Assembly: GCA_965645245.1 (NCBI GenBank)
Contig: OZ287072.1
Location: 2,790,001 to 2,841,077, forward strand
Direction: 5' to 3'
DNA from: Massalongia carnosa
Lineage: Eukaryota
DNA length: 51,077 nucleotides
In this document: piece by piece, positions 31,905 through 44,100 of the stretch
Position numbering within the stretch: position 1 is the stretch's first letter
Layout of the letters: each line of letters begins with the position of its first letter
Notes under the pieces: generated by a model
The model's input: the letters and a program-made list of their open reading frames with translations, nothing else
What the model was told of the DNA's origin: nothing
The model's database searches: none
Made by a program: the position numbers and the translations under genes

Positions 31905-33565
31905 TGTCAAATTATAGGATAACTAAACCTAAACATCAGTGGTAACTCAGGATGATATATCCGAAGGGTTTTTCCGGCCCGACTAGACACGTGGCCTCCC
32001 CCCTTAGATAGATTACCACATTTCCACATCCTCCACAATACAATCAACATCTACCCAATTCCCTGATCATGCCTTTTGACCCTTATATATTTGACAATTA
32101 TGAGCCCGGATAGTCGTAAAGACACCGCAAATCGTCAAGAGCATTAGATTCTTAAATTCAACGAGACAGCAATCGCGAAAATGGCAGCAGAATCCAAAAC
32201 GATGAGGACAATCCTCGAGACATCAGAGGATTGAGAGACGTGGTATGATGAATTGAAAACGATATCAGCTATCGAGTTTTGGAATATGGCAGATCCAGAC
32301 TAACCTACTGTTCTTCCTGCGGCAGCTCACTACAAGCCGGTAGTAGCAGACATAGTACAAGGATAGACACTATACACAAAACTCTCAGCCGCAAATCAGC
32401 GAATGTTCGATAATGCAAGAAAACATTACGAGTCGGATCAGAAAGACTATATAAGACGAGAAACCTCGTTGACGACGATAAGAAAACACATGGTAGAAAC
32501 AGTTCAGATCACAAACCAAACGAGCCTGAAAGCGAGTATGTCAGTAAAGGAGTGTATCATTATCTTACGAAAACTTATGGCACCTCCGACGGGACATTCC
32601 CTGGCGTTGGCGAAGGAGAAATATGATAAGTTGCTTAGGATGAAGGCGAAACCACTAGACTGGTTGGATAAGTGGGAGAAGGTAGTAGCCAAGGCCCGAC
32701 AACACGATTTGTCGGAGTTCAAGCACGGAATATGGCTTGGAAATATGTCGTCGTGGATGAAACCACACGCACCAGAACTATCCTATGCACTTCGATCCAG
32801 AGGCAACGACGCCGCAAGAAATGACATATCGCAATATCCAGAAGTCCTACGAGAAATCTGAGAATACTTGAGAGATGGAGTGAAGCAGACGGTCCGGGAA
32901 GCCGCGTTCAAGACGTTAGTGGACGACGAAGACGAAGATGGCCTACTAGAAGAAGTAGCCAATACAGCCACTAAGAGAAAGAGGGCAAATACAACTGGAC
33001 AATCTCACCGTGGAGGGAAAAGGCACGATAAGATATGCCCTGCGTGTGAAAGACCAGGCCATAATCTCGAGAACTGTTGGTTTATATTTCCAGAAGGGAA
33101 ACCAGATGACTACACTCTAGGGAAAAGTAAAATCGCTGGTCGGTTGTTCATTAAGTTCCATAAGTTGATTCTACCCCCACCTCCCAAAACCATACGTGAC
33201 CTGGAGGGTCACATGTTCGAGTCTCACTTCATCGATGCCATCAGAGAACATCTCGGTGAGCATGAGAAGATGGAGACGTTTTGAACTAGTCGAAAGCAAG
33301 CATACCATAAGAAATCAAGTGCTGGACTGCATGTGGGTTTTCACCTACAAGACAGACAGTGATGGCTATTTGGTAAAATGCGAAGCTAGATTAGTAGTAT
33401 GTGGGAATCAACAAGAGGTTGGGGAACTACCAACACGAGCGACCACTTTGGCCAGCTCAGCGTTCAAGTCTATGATGGCGTTAGTTGCGAAGTATGAGCT
33501 AGAAACTAGACAACTCGATGCAGTAAATGCATTTGTCAACTGTCCGCTGGAAGAGGTGGTATACA

Positions 33566-36500
33566 TGTCAGATGGTAGGGGCTACCATCATGGGCATTCA
33601 TCTAGTGCTTATCTTCGGCGACTCTACCACGGGGACCGAGATGACCTCCGGGGACCGAGATGACTTCCGGGGACCGAGATTCAGTGGACCGGCTGACTCC
33701 TTATGAAAAGGGTCGCCGAAAGGTCTCCAATGTGACTGCTATATAATGAAGTAGATAGCTCACATATAATCCATACCTTCAATGACAATAATGCTATTAT
33801 ACCTACACGTGAATTTTACTATTCATCAGGTTATGAGCCCGGCTCACTTCCACTTCGTCGAATAAGCCCCCACATTGATTGTCAAAACATACCTCCACCT
33901 CTGCATCTGCCCCATCCTTCAATATATATATATATTCCCTGCTAGTATCCCCTCCATACCGGGAGACCCTTCCCTGCTTCTACACCACTTTCTCTGGCAT
34001 GGCTAAAGGAGAGAGTCTGTACACATTCCCCAAACTCATGGGGAGTGGTAACTATAAGAAATGGTCTAGAGACATGGCCTTCGCCCTGCAGGAAGCGGAA
34101 CTCTGGAGTTATGTGACTGGTGCTCGGAAACTGCCCCGAGAGATTCCCCTTCCACCTAATAAACCTAGTGAGAAAGAGGGAGACCCTCCGGAGGAAACAT
34201 CAGAAACAGATGAACAACTCGACAAAAGAGACCAAAGGGACCTTGAACGACTAGAGTTCTTGGAGAAACAAAGGAGGGTAGTTGGTAAGATAGGAAAGAT
34301 GTGCACGGACGACGTGCAGCAAGAATTCCTGTCCATGAGAGACCTAGCTAATGGAGCAGTCTGGGACCCAAAAGATCTTTGGGAACATCTAAAAACCCGG
34401 TACACTCTAAAGAATTGGAGTGCCAAATGGAGCACCTTCAACCGGCTAGAGGAGATAAAATATGAAAAGTGCAAGTCCATCGAAGAATACGGAAGCCTTG
34501 TCAGGGACATCAAGGCCGAGATCACCGACATGGCCCTGACTGTCGAACAAATAGTTGTGCTCAGGCTCCTGAATGAACTAGGAAACTCGTTCAGCACCTA
34601 TCTTACAATACTGAACGAGCAAGCCCGGCGTGAGGATAAATTCCCTGCGCTGGATGCTTTGTTGAAAAACCTGGAGGACGAGGAAGCTCGCATGCGCCAG
34701 GACCCCATTGCCACAGCCAATGTGCTAAAGACAAAAGGGAAGACTAACAACAAAAAGCACCCCTCCGGAGCAAGGTCCGGAGAGGGTAAGACCAAATGCA
34801 AGTGTTGCGGGAAGTTTCACCCCGGAACTTGCAGGAATATCGACTCCAAATGCAAAACATGTGGTAAAGTAGGCCATTTAGAAAGCGTTTGCGAGGAAGG
34901 AGGCCATGAAGCCTCAAAGCCACAAATAGTCTGTATGATAAGGGAATGTTCCGGGAAAAGTACCCAGGAAACACCGCTTATTTGTATGGCAAAACCGTCC
35001 CAAAGCCCCCAACGTCCCCAAAGCTTGTTACTCGACTCCGGTGCAACCTCACATATTCTCTGCAACAAGGACTTCTTTCTAGAAGGAACCTTTCGGAGCG
35101 AGTACAACTTTCTAGAGACAGGGTCCGGAGAAGTACTACCAACAGAGGGCACAGGCTCTCTGCTTATCCCGCTGGACAATAGCAATGGGAGTCAAACTGA
35201 CCTCATTCTGACCGATGTCCTATACTCCCCACGCCTAAAATTTAACCTCATCAGCACCATTAAGCTTGGTAAGAAAGGCATAGCAACATACCTGATGGCG
35301 GACGAGCAGCCCGCACAATTAGTGCACAAAGGAAAGGTGATTGGACTGGCCAAAACGATAGATAATCAATATATTTTGGAAACCACCGTCAGCCCTATCG
35401 GTGCACGAGCCCTCACCACCACAAATTCTGCAAAGTCCCCTATTCAAATATGGCACGAACGACTCGGCCACCTCAGCTATCCAAACCTCCTAAAACTAAA
35501 TCACTTAGCCAATGGAGTCACTATCGAAGGACCCATACCAGAAGAAGTATGCAGCCCATGCATGATGGGTAGACAACAGCGGAAAATAAATCGCACTCCA
35601 AGGACCCGAGCAACAGAATTCCTGGGTCTAGTGCATAGCGATTTGGGGGGACCATTCCCACTGACAAGGTTCGGTGAACGTTTTTATGCTACAATAAAAG
35701 ACGATTTCTCCGGAGTAGTGTGGGTTTATTTGCTGAAAACAAAGGGTCAGACCTTTGAAATTTTCAAAGAGTTCAAAGCATGGATAGAAAATCAATCAGG
35801 AAAGAAAATAAAGCGCCTTCGAGCTGATGGAGGAGGAGAGTACACGGGTGGAGACTTCCAGAATTTCCTAAAAAAGGAAGGCATTCAATGGGAAGCCAGG
35901 GCACCGAATGTGCCCGAGCAAAACGGAAAAGCCGAAAGACAGATGGTCCCTACCCGGTCCATGTTGAAAGCAAAGAGACTTCCAAAGTCTCTTTGGGGGG
36001 AAGTCCTGAAGACTGCTGGGTACATCAAAAATAGAAGTCCCGGGGTCGACGAGGTCACTCCATATGAACGCATGAACAATGCGAAACCCTTCCTCGGCCA
36101 TATGAGAACGGTCGGGGCAAGGACGTGGGTACATATCCCAAAGGAGAAACGAAAGAAATTGGATGATCGTTCCTGGCAAGGAATATTTGTCGGGTATGAT
36201 GGAAACAATCAGTATCGAATCTACGATCCTCTCACTGGAAAAGTCCATGTTTGTCGCGATATCTCCGTCGACGAAGGCAATATATATGATCCCAAGGATA
36301 AAAAGGCCTCGGACCTAGTCGACATTCTATGGGAGAAGAATGATGATGGTTTATCTGATGATCCGGACGACTTTATCGAAAATGAAGTCGAAATCCCAAA
36401 TTCGTTATCTCCGATAAACCCGAACTCCAAAATATCGAGAAGTTCGGAAGACCAACAGGTATCGGCCCCATCAACTCCACGAATAATGCTTCATCCAATG

Positions 36501-38596
36501 GGAGTAAATGCGTCGGGGGGAGGCCAAGCCGAGGAGAGTGAGGGGGAGGATGATCCAAGTGAAACGGAAGAAATTCCTTCACCCCTCATCGAACCTCGAA
36601 GATCTGGGCGATTAAGAGTTCCCAGTCAAAAGTCAATAGAGAACTCCCGTCCCAGCATAAATATATTCAGGTCAAACCAGGTGCCAGAATCCCATAAACA
36701 TATGGTACGAGTGCTAATCACCCTGGCAAGAGGCGAGGACACAGAAGGCCTCGATGAACCTCTGACACTGAAAGAGCCAATGTCCTCATCCCACTGGGAA
36801 CAATGGAAAAAGGCCATGGAAGCCGAATACCAATCCCTAGTGGAGAATGAAACATGGACACTAGAAAAAGCACCGAGTGATCGAAAGGTGATCACCGGTC
36901 GCTGGGTGTTCAAACTTAAGAAAGACAGAAATGGGAAAGTACTAAAGTACAAAGCAAGATGGGTAGTTCACGGCTATAAACAAAAGGAAGGCCTGGACTA
37001 CCTCGATACCTTTGCTACAGTGGTAAAACCAGTCTCCTACAAAGCATTGATGGGAATCAGTGTTAAAAAGGGGCTTTCCATTCACCACATGGATGTGGTG
37101 ACTGCTTTCCTATATGGCTTCCTAGATGAAGCTATTTATGTCATACAACCCACCTTGTTCGAAAAAGGGGAGGACAAGGTCTGCTTACTACGAAAGGCCC
37201 TATATGGCCTAAAACAATCCCCTCGTGTATGGTACCAGACCTTGCAGGATTTTCTGCAAAAGATGGGGTTTAAACGGACATATTCGGACCATGGAGTTTT
37301 TGTATCGGACGATATGTTTATAGCGATTTACGTCGACGACCTCCTCATCTTCGGCAAAGATACTACAAAATTGCAGCAACTGCAACACGAATTGAAGTCT
37401 CGTTTCCGCATGACGGACTTGCGAGAAGTGTCCCATTATTTGGGAATTGAGGTGAACGTCAACACCGAAAAATCGATTATAACTCTCCGACAAACAACTT
37501 ATCTGAAGAAGATATTGCAGCGATTTAATATGGTCGACTGCAGACCTATTTCCACCCCCATGGACCCCGGTGCCGGAAACACACTCATGCCGTCGGAAGA
37601 CCAGGCCGACAAGAAAACAATTACCTGGTACCAGTCGGTGGTAGGCTCGCTCATGTGGCCAGCCATGCATACACGCCCCGACATCGCTTATGCAGTGGGA
37701 GTACTGAGTCGATATTGTTCGAACCCAGACCCATTACACTGCAAATATCTTCATCGCATTATGCGCTATATCTCCAGTACCCTAAATGCAGGACTCGTGT
37801 TTAGAAAAGATACCGAGGATGACATTGTGGGGTACTCGGACTCCGACTATGCTGGAACGAAAGATGGAAGAAAATCGACAGGGGCCTATACATTTTTGTT
37901 AGCAGGCGCCCCGATTTCTCACTGTTCCAAGCTACAACCTACCGTCGCCCTATCCACCTGCGAGGCCGAATATATGGCCCTAACAGAAGCAGCTAAAGAG
38001 GCCATTTGGTGTGCACGTTTTCTGACGGAGCTGGGATACCGGAAGAAGGGCCACCCAGTCCTACTTCGAGGGGACAATCAAGGGTCAATTGCACTGGCCG
38101 AAAACCCGGAGTTTCACCGTCGCACCAAGCACATTGAAATCAAATGGCATTGGATACGGGAGGTGGTTGAATTGGGAAAGATAAAAATCAAATTTATCTC
38201 GACCAAAGAGATGGTGGCAGATGGGCTTACGAAGCCACTGGCCGCTAAACCCTTTGAGGACTTTAAGTTAATGCTTGGCATGAACTAAGCTCAAAGAGGT
38301 AATATTCGAATAGTCTCAAGATGACTGTAGGAGTGTCAGATGGTAGGGGCTACCATCATGGGCATTCATCTAGTGCTTATCTTCGGCGACTCTACCACGG
38401 GGACCGAGATGACCTCCAGGGACCGAGATGACCTCCGGGGACCGAGATTCAGTGGACCGGCTGACTCCTTATGAAAAGGGTCGCCGAAAGGTCTATAATG
38501 TGACTGCTATATAATGAAGTAGATAGCTCACATATAATCCATACCTTCAATGACAATCATGCTATTATACCTAGACGTGAATTTTACTATTCATCA
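33566..38596 (+). mobile_element. Ty1/Copia 'Copia-C', full length, 263-bp LTRs
   Basis: LTRs TGTCAGAT...TTCATCA at 33566-33828 and 38334-38596 (about 6 differences; each has ~19-bp tandem GGGGACCGAGATGACCTCC units); TSD ATACA; PBS GGTTATGAGCCC. Confidence 0.96.
33999..38288 (+). CDS. Copia-C Gag-Pol polyprotein (gag-PR-IN-RT-RH), single ORF
   Basis: Open from ATG 33999; two Zn knuckles, LLDSGATSH, WHERLGH...C..C, VHSD...RADGGGEY...NGKAER, YKARWVVHG, MDVVTAFL, YVDD, GYSDSDYAG, STCEAEY, HIEIKWHWIRE. Confidence 0.93.
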   Translation: MAKGESLYTFPKLMGSGNYKKWSRDMAFALQEAELWSYVTGARKLPREIPLPPNKPSEKEGDPPEETSETDEQLDKRDQRDLERLEFLEKQRRVVGKIGKMCTDDVQQEFLSMRDLANGAVWDPKDLWEHLKTRYTLKNWSAKWSTFNRLEEIKYEKCKSIEEYGSLVRDIKAEITDMALTVEQIVVLRLLNELGNSFSTYLTILNEQARREDKFPALDALLKNLEDEEARMRQDPIATANVLKTKGKTNNKKHPSGARSGEGKTKCKCCGKFHPGTCRNIDSKCKTCGKVGHLESVCEEGGHEASKPQIVCMIRECSGKSTQETPLICMAKPSQSPQRPQSLLLDSGATSHILCNKDFFLEGTFRSEYNFLETGSGEVLPTEGTGSLLIPLDNSNGSQTDLILTDVLYSPRLKFNLISTIKLGKKGIATYLMADEQPAQLVHKGKVIGLAKTIDNQYILETTVSPIGARALTTTNSAKSPIQIWHERLGHLSYPNLLKLNHLANGVTIEGPIPEEVCSPCMMGRQQRKINRTPRTRATEFLGLVHSDLGGPFPLTRFGERFYATIKDDFSGVVWVYLLKTKGQTFEIFKEFKAWIENQSGKKIKRLRADGGGEYTGGDFQNFLKKEGIQWEARAPNVPEQNGKAERQMVPTRSMLKAKRLPKSLWGEVLKTAGYIKNRSPGVDEVTPYERMNNAKPFLGHMRTVGARTWVHIPKEKRKKLDDRSWQGIFVGYDGNNQYRIYDPLTGKVHVCRDISVDEGNIYDPKDKKASDLVDILWEKNDDGLSDDPDDFIENEVEIPNSLSPINPNSKISRSSEDQQVSAPSTPRIMLHPMGVNASGGGQAEESEGEDDPSETEEIPSPLIEPRRSGRLRVPSQKSIENSRPSINIFRSNQVPESHKHMVRVLITLARGEDTEGLDEPLTLKEPMSSSHWEQWKKAMEAEYQSLVENETWTLEKAPSDRKVITGRWVFKLKKDRNGKVLKYKARWVVHGYKQKEGLDYLDTFATVVKPVSYKALMGISVKKGLSIHHMDVVTAFLYGFLDEAIYVIQPTLFEKGEDKVCLLRKALYGLKQSPRVWYQTLQDFLQKMGFKRTYSDHGVFVSDDMFIAIYVDDLLIFGKDTTKLQQLQHELKSRFRMTDLREVSHYLGIEVNVNTEKSIITLRQTTYLKKILQRFNMVDCRPISTPMDPGAGNTLMPSEDQADKKTITWYQSVVGSLMWPAMHTRPDIAYAVGVLSRYCSNPDPLHCKYLHRIMRYISSTLNAGLVFRKDTEDDIVGYSDSDYAGTKDGRKSTGAYTFLLAGAPISHCSKLQPTVALSTCEAEYMALTEAAKEAIWCARFLTELGYRKKGHPVLLRGDNQGSIALAENPEFHRRTKHIEIKWHWIREVVELGKIKIKFISTKEMVADGLTKPLAAKPFEDFKLMLGMN

Positions 38597-39983
38597 ATAC
38601 ATACGTATTCTACCATATTATCCATTCACAGGTAGGCATTCGCATTCGCCGTCGAGCGGGCGGTCACTGAAAAGAGGACGACTCAATCAGAAGACCAAAC
38701 AGCGGCGAACCCTGGTGAAATGATGACTTCCGTAAAATGAAGGCCTTCACACCCAAGATAAAACGCTGCCAGTCTAGGTGAGAAACAATTCGGGAGAACT
38801 AGTCGACAAGGACTAATCACCTTGAGTCGGTATAATCCCGGACAGTAAAGCTCAAAGATGGAAGAGGTTAAATCATAGATATAGTCTAAAACAAAAATAT
38901 GTGTTAAGACTGAGAAAAGCAATCTGCGGCCTGAGACGGTCACCATATCTATGGCAGAAGCATCGGTCAAAAACATTTCAATCCATGGAATTTAGGGCCA
39001 TACCTCAAGAATCATGTATAATGATGAGAGGCGGAATTCTAGCATTCTATTATGTGGATGACACGGTATTTTGTTATCACAAATCGATCGAGGGTCAGGC
39101 CTTGAAAGCCATCGAGCATTTATGTTCAATATACACCATGAAATCACTGGGTGAAATCGAATGGTTCTTAGGAATCAGAGTCATAAGAGATAGGTCTAAA
39201 CGACTTCTATGGCTATCCCAAGAGGCCTATATTGATAAGATGGCTAATAAATTCGAAGTTTAACTAGATAAGAAACTACTAGATACTCCTATGATATCAA
39301 CTCAATATACAGTCTCAGAAAACCAAGCTTCCCATCGGTCCATTCACTTTTATCAACAAAGGATAGGAACAGCCCTATTCGCAGCCATAACCACCAGACC
39401 AGATTTCGCATTCACGGTGTCCAAACTATCCCAATTCTCCATAAATCCTTCCGATGAACATCACCAGGCAGCGATGCGAGTCCTAGAATATCTATACGCT
39501 ACCAAAACCCTGGCGATTCAATATGAAGGAAACAAGAGGAAGGGATACAAGGGTTCCTATGTGCTAGCGACGCGTCCTTCGCGGACAACAAGGATAGGAA
39601 AAGTTCTCAAGGATATATAATGACGCTGTTCGGAGGACCGGTTGCATGGGAAGCAAGCAAACAGGCGACGGTGACTACATCGAGCACTGAGGCCGAATTG
39701 CTGGCCTTGTCGGACACCACCAAAGAAGCAATGAATCTGTCAGGACTCGGGTATGGGAGCGCTAAATCCAACGGCTCTTTCCGACCGAAGCTTCGGAGAT
39801 AAGCTTCTAGAGCCGGATGGAAACTTCGAGAAGAAGGGCAAACGGGCATATAGATTTCACATTCTTCTTTGTAGATAGATTTCTCTTCTTCATGCTTAGT
39901 CTCTTAGGTAGCTGACTACTATTCGTCTTCCCTGGATAGTGGTTCTTACATTAGACTAAGCATCCCCATATAGCATCGACTCC

Positions 39984-41156
39984 GTGGATAGACTGAATGA
40001 ATTTGTCCGCCAGGACCCCCAGCGGGTGGTGGAAATGATAACTGAGTTGAAGACGGAGTCCCGAACGAAGACCCACCTATTGAACAAGGTGGCCGAAAGA
40101 TTCAATGAAACGTTAGAGATAGCCCGGACCCTTCGCGATGAGCGGGACTCGGCCCAAGAGGAATTGGATAAAGCTAAGGTGATAATCCAATTTCTTCAAA
40201 ACACCAACATATCGTCCGCAAGCACCGTATCGGCCGAGAATGTGCATACACACACGACCACTACCGCGTCAACACCTGCCCCCGAAGGAGTTGGCAAATC
40301 TTCCAAGCTTCCTGACCCACCCATTCTCGAAAATAATAAAGACGACAACTTCGAGGACTGGCTATCTAGCATGCGAAATAAGCTAGAAGGCAATGCGGAT
40401 TGGTACCCTACCGAGGCCATGAAAAAGGCATACGTACGGACTCGGGTTGGTGGTGAGGCAGTCAAGCATATAGCCTCTAGATTTAGAAAGGAGTCTACCA
40501 AACCATTTACCACTGCTGAAGAGATTTTCGATGATTTAAACCGAGTATATGGTGACCCTCACAAGGAACAAACAGCACTGCGAGAATTCCGCGACCTTAA
40601 ACAAGTGGGTAAATATCGAGAATTCCATGCCTTCTGGTCAGAATTCCAACGCTTAGCCAACGAACTTGAATATTCCGAAAAGACCCTACTGAATGAGCTC
40701 CGCAACAAGATGAACTTTGAGCTCCAGAAGATGCTAGCCGTCGAGGCCTACAAGGCCACCGATTTGTATGAATTCGCACGCCTATGCATGCATACTGATC
40801 AGACCATCCGCGAGGTTGAGACCAAGACGAAAGGCTATCGAAAGAACTTTGTTGGCCCCTCAGTACCTATCGCAAGCACGGCCGGTGGGACCACCTCCAT
40901 CGTAAAGGCCTCCACCCCCGCATTAACCCGTACTCCCGCAATGCCTTCCGCCACCAGCAGCCGATCTTCAACGCCCTTTATGGCCCGAGCCCCCCATCCC
41001 GATCCAATCATGGAGAAAAGAATGAAGGAAGGAAGATGTTTTAACTGCGATCTGACCGGGCATATGGCCAAAGACTGCCCTCAGCCTAGAAAGGGACGGG
41101 TTAGCGAGATGGGCGCAGAAGCAGAAGATTCGGGAAAAGACGCACCTCCGTCATAG
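39984..41156 (+). CDS. gag: Gypsy-3 Gag (start uncertain)
   Basis: 390-aa ORF opening at GTG only 33 nt after the LTR (first ATG 40035); KLPDPP...FEDWLSSMRNKL, YGDP, CFNCDLTGHMAKDC. Confidence 0.85.
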   Translation: MDRLNEFVRQDPQRVVEMITELKTESRTKTHLLNKVAERFNETLEIARTLRDERDSAQEELDKAKVIIQFLQNTNISSASTVSAENVHTHTTTTASTPAPEGVGKSSKLPDPPILENNKDDNFEDWLSSMRNKLEGNADWYPTEAMKKAYVRTRVGGEAVKHIASRFRKESTKPFTTAEEIFDDLNRVYGDPHKEQTALREFRDLKQVGKYREFHAFWSEFQRLANELEYSEKTLLNELRNKMNFELQKMLAVEAYKATDLYEFARLCMHTDQTIREVETKTKGYRKNFVGPSVPIASTAGGTTSIVKASTPALTRTPAMPSATSSRSSTPFMARAPHPDPIMEKRMKEGRCFNCDLTGHMAKDCPQPRKGRVSEMGAEAEDSGKDAPPS

Positions 41157-44100
41157 ACGCGGCGGGGGTAGATAAGTTGGTTATTACATCTTTCTTTATG
41201 GAGGATGATTTATTCGATGACAATCCAGTAATGGAAGATTGTATCGTAGGAAATAAATTTAATACGAGAGCGATGATTGATACTGGATCTACTGGTTATT
41301 GTTTTGTTGATAGACTAACTGCGCAGGAAATATGTGAAAAGGCTAATATCTCACCGGTGACGTTAAATAGACGGAAAGAGATAAAGGCATATGATGGAAG
41401 AAAAGGCAAGCCTATTACCCAGGCCATTTATCCATCTCTGAAAATTGGAAATCATACCGAGAGCTCAACACCAATGTTGATCACCGAGCTGGGCCAACAA
41501 ACGATTATTCTTGGCAAGCCTTGGATGCGAAAACATGGTGTTAGCTATCATGGGCATACGAATTCGATTTCTTTTCGTCCCGATCATTGCAATCATCTAG
41601 GTGCCCCTGAAAGGCCTTTCCCATCGTCGCCAATCAGGAGAGAAGAACCGGGCTCAACAAAGGACACCACGCCTATATTCCAACCAAAGAAGATATTGAA
41701 AAGAGACGAACCCGATGAAAAGAATCATAGCAACTCGAACCCGATTTCAGTTCGAAGATCAAGAAAGGAAGATATCTTGAAGCAAAAGTCTTGGAGAAAA
41801 GACGCCGAGAGCGAAGAAGCCCTGGATATAGCGATGATAGGTGCAGACCCATTTAATGTATTAACGAAACAAAAGGATGTCGAGATATTTGCAGTCTCGC
41901 TGAGAGATATCAACTTTGAACTAGCCAAGGGAGAAAAGCCAATCACCGATCCTAAGACCATAGTCCCCCCCGAGTATCACGATTTTCTTGATGTTTTCTC
42001 TAAGGAAAAAGCTGATGAACTGCCCCCTCATAGAAAGCATGACCATACCATCGAATTGCTAGAAGGTAAAGGACCCGGGCATGCCCCGCTATATAATATG
42101 TCAGAGGGAGAACTCCTACTGGTCAAGAGATATTTGGAAGAAAATCTGAAGAAAGGATTTATTACAGCCAGCTCGGCCCCTTTGGCCTCGCCGATACTAT
42201 TCGCCAAGAAACCGAGTGGTGGACTTCGGTTCTGCGTCGATTATCGAAAGCTAAACGAAATCACCAAAAAAAATCGATATCCCCTACCTCTGATATCTGA
42301 GATAATGTCTCGATTGGCCAGGGCTAGATTTTTGACAAGAATAGATATTCGACATGCCTTTAACCGACTTAGGATGAAAACCGAAAAGGACGAAGATCTC
42401 ACAACCTTCCGCACGCGATTTGGGTCATATAAATCTCTAGTATTACCCTTCGGACTGACCAACGGCCCTGCTACGTTTCAGAACTTCATCAACGATACCT
42501 TCTTAGAATATCTAGACGAATTCCTAATAGCCTATCTGGACGATCTCTTGGTTTATAGTGAAACCATGACTGAACACCGAAAACATGTTCGAAAAGTTCT
42601 ACAAAAGCTTCGAGAAGCTGGTATTCAGGCTGATGTGGATAAATGCGAATTCCATGTGACCGAAACAAAGTTCCTAGGAGTGGTAGTCGGGCGGAATGGG
42701 ATCAAGATGGACCCTACCAAAATTGAGGCAGTCGTCGAATGGGCCATCCCTAGGCATCTTAAACAGGTGCAGGCCTTTCTAGGATTTATCAACTTTTATA
42801 GACGTTTTATCAAAGACTTCTCCAAAATAGCCAAACCCCTCGTACATCTAACTCGAAAAGACGAACCATTCAATTGGACCCCAGCCTGCCAAGCAGCTTT
42901 TTCCGAATTGAAAAGACGGGTGACCGAGGCCCCGGTCCTCGCGCATTTCAGCCCAAGCCGAGAAACGTTCGTGGAATCGGATTCATCTGATTATGTGTCA
43001 GCCGGAGTATTATCGCAAAGAGGTGAAGATGGACTTATCAGACCAGTAGCCTTCTTTTCAAAGAGCCTGTTGCCAGTCGAATGCAATTATGAAATATACG
43101 ATAAAGAATTGCTTGCAATAATCAAATGTTTCGAACAATGGAGGCCTGAGCTGCAATCCACCGAGCTCCCAATCAAAGTGTTGACCGACCACAAAAGCTT
43201 GGAATATTTCATGACAACCAAAAAGCTAAATAGGCGACAGGCCAGATGGGCTGAATTTCTGGCCGATTTCAATTTTGTCATCACATACCAAGCTGGAAAA
43301 TTCCATACAAAGGCAGATGCACTAACTAGAAGACCAGGACACAGGCCCGAATTAGAGGAAGATGACAGGCAAAGGCATCAACATCAGATAATCTTACCTC
43401 TCGAAAGCCTAGACCCTCAAATCCAAAAGGAAATAGGGTTTGAAATGAACGAGATCAACGCGGAAAAGTCGAAAGATCCGCTCGAGAATAATGCCAAACT
43501 ATTTGTCCCCGAAGAAAAGAGAATGAAGCTGATACAGGAAGTTCACGATCAACCAGCCGTTGGCCATCCGGGAATAAAGCGGACCTACGAGATGATGAAG
43601 AAATTCTTTTTTTGGCCAAAGATGAAAGGGACCATAGAACAATACATTCGAAATTGTCATACATGCAAAAGAGCAAAAGCTCCAAGGGACGGTTATTCCG
43701 GACTATTAAATCCGCTACCTATACCAGACCGGCCCTGGACAGATATATCAATGGATTTCGTAACTGGCCTACCTGAAAGCAAAGGTCATAATGCAATATT
43801 AATGGTAGTAGACCGATTTTCCAAGATGCATCATTACATTCCATGCACCACGGACGAAGAAGGGACAACTGCCGAAGAGACGGCCCGAATGCTAATAAAA
43901 CATGTATGGAAATTGCATGGCCTAGCGACCACGATAATCTCAGATAGGGGACCTCAATTCGTATCGCTAGTATGGAAATCGCTATGCGTAATGCTGGGAA
44001 TAAAAGCCAAGTTATCAACCGCATTCCATCCCGAGACCGACGGTCAAAGCGAAATATCCAATCAAGAAATGGAGCGATATCTGAGAACCTATGTCAATTA

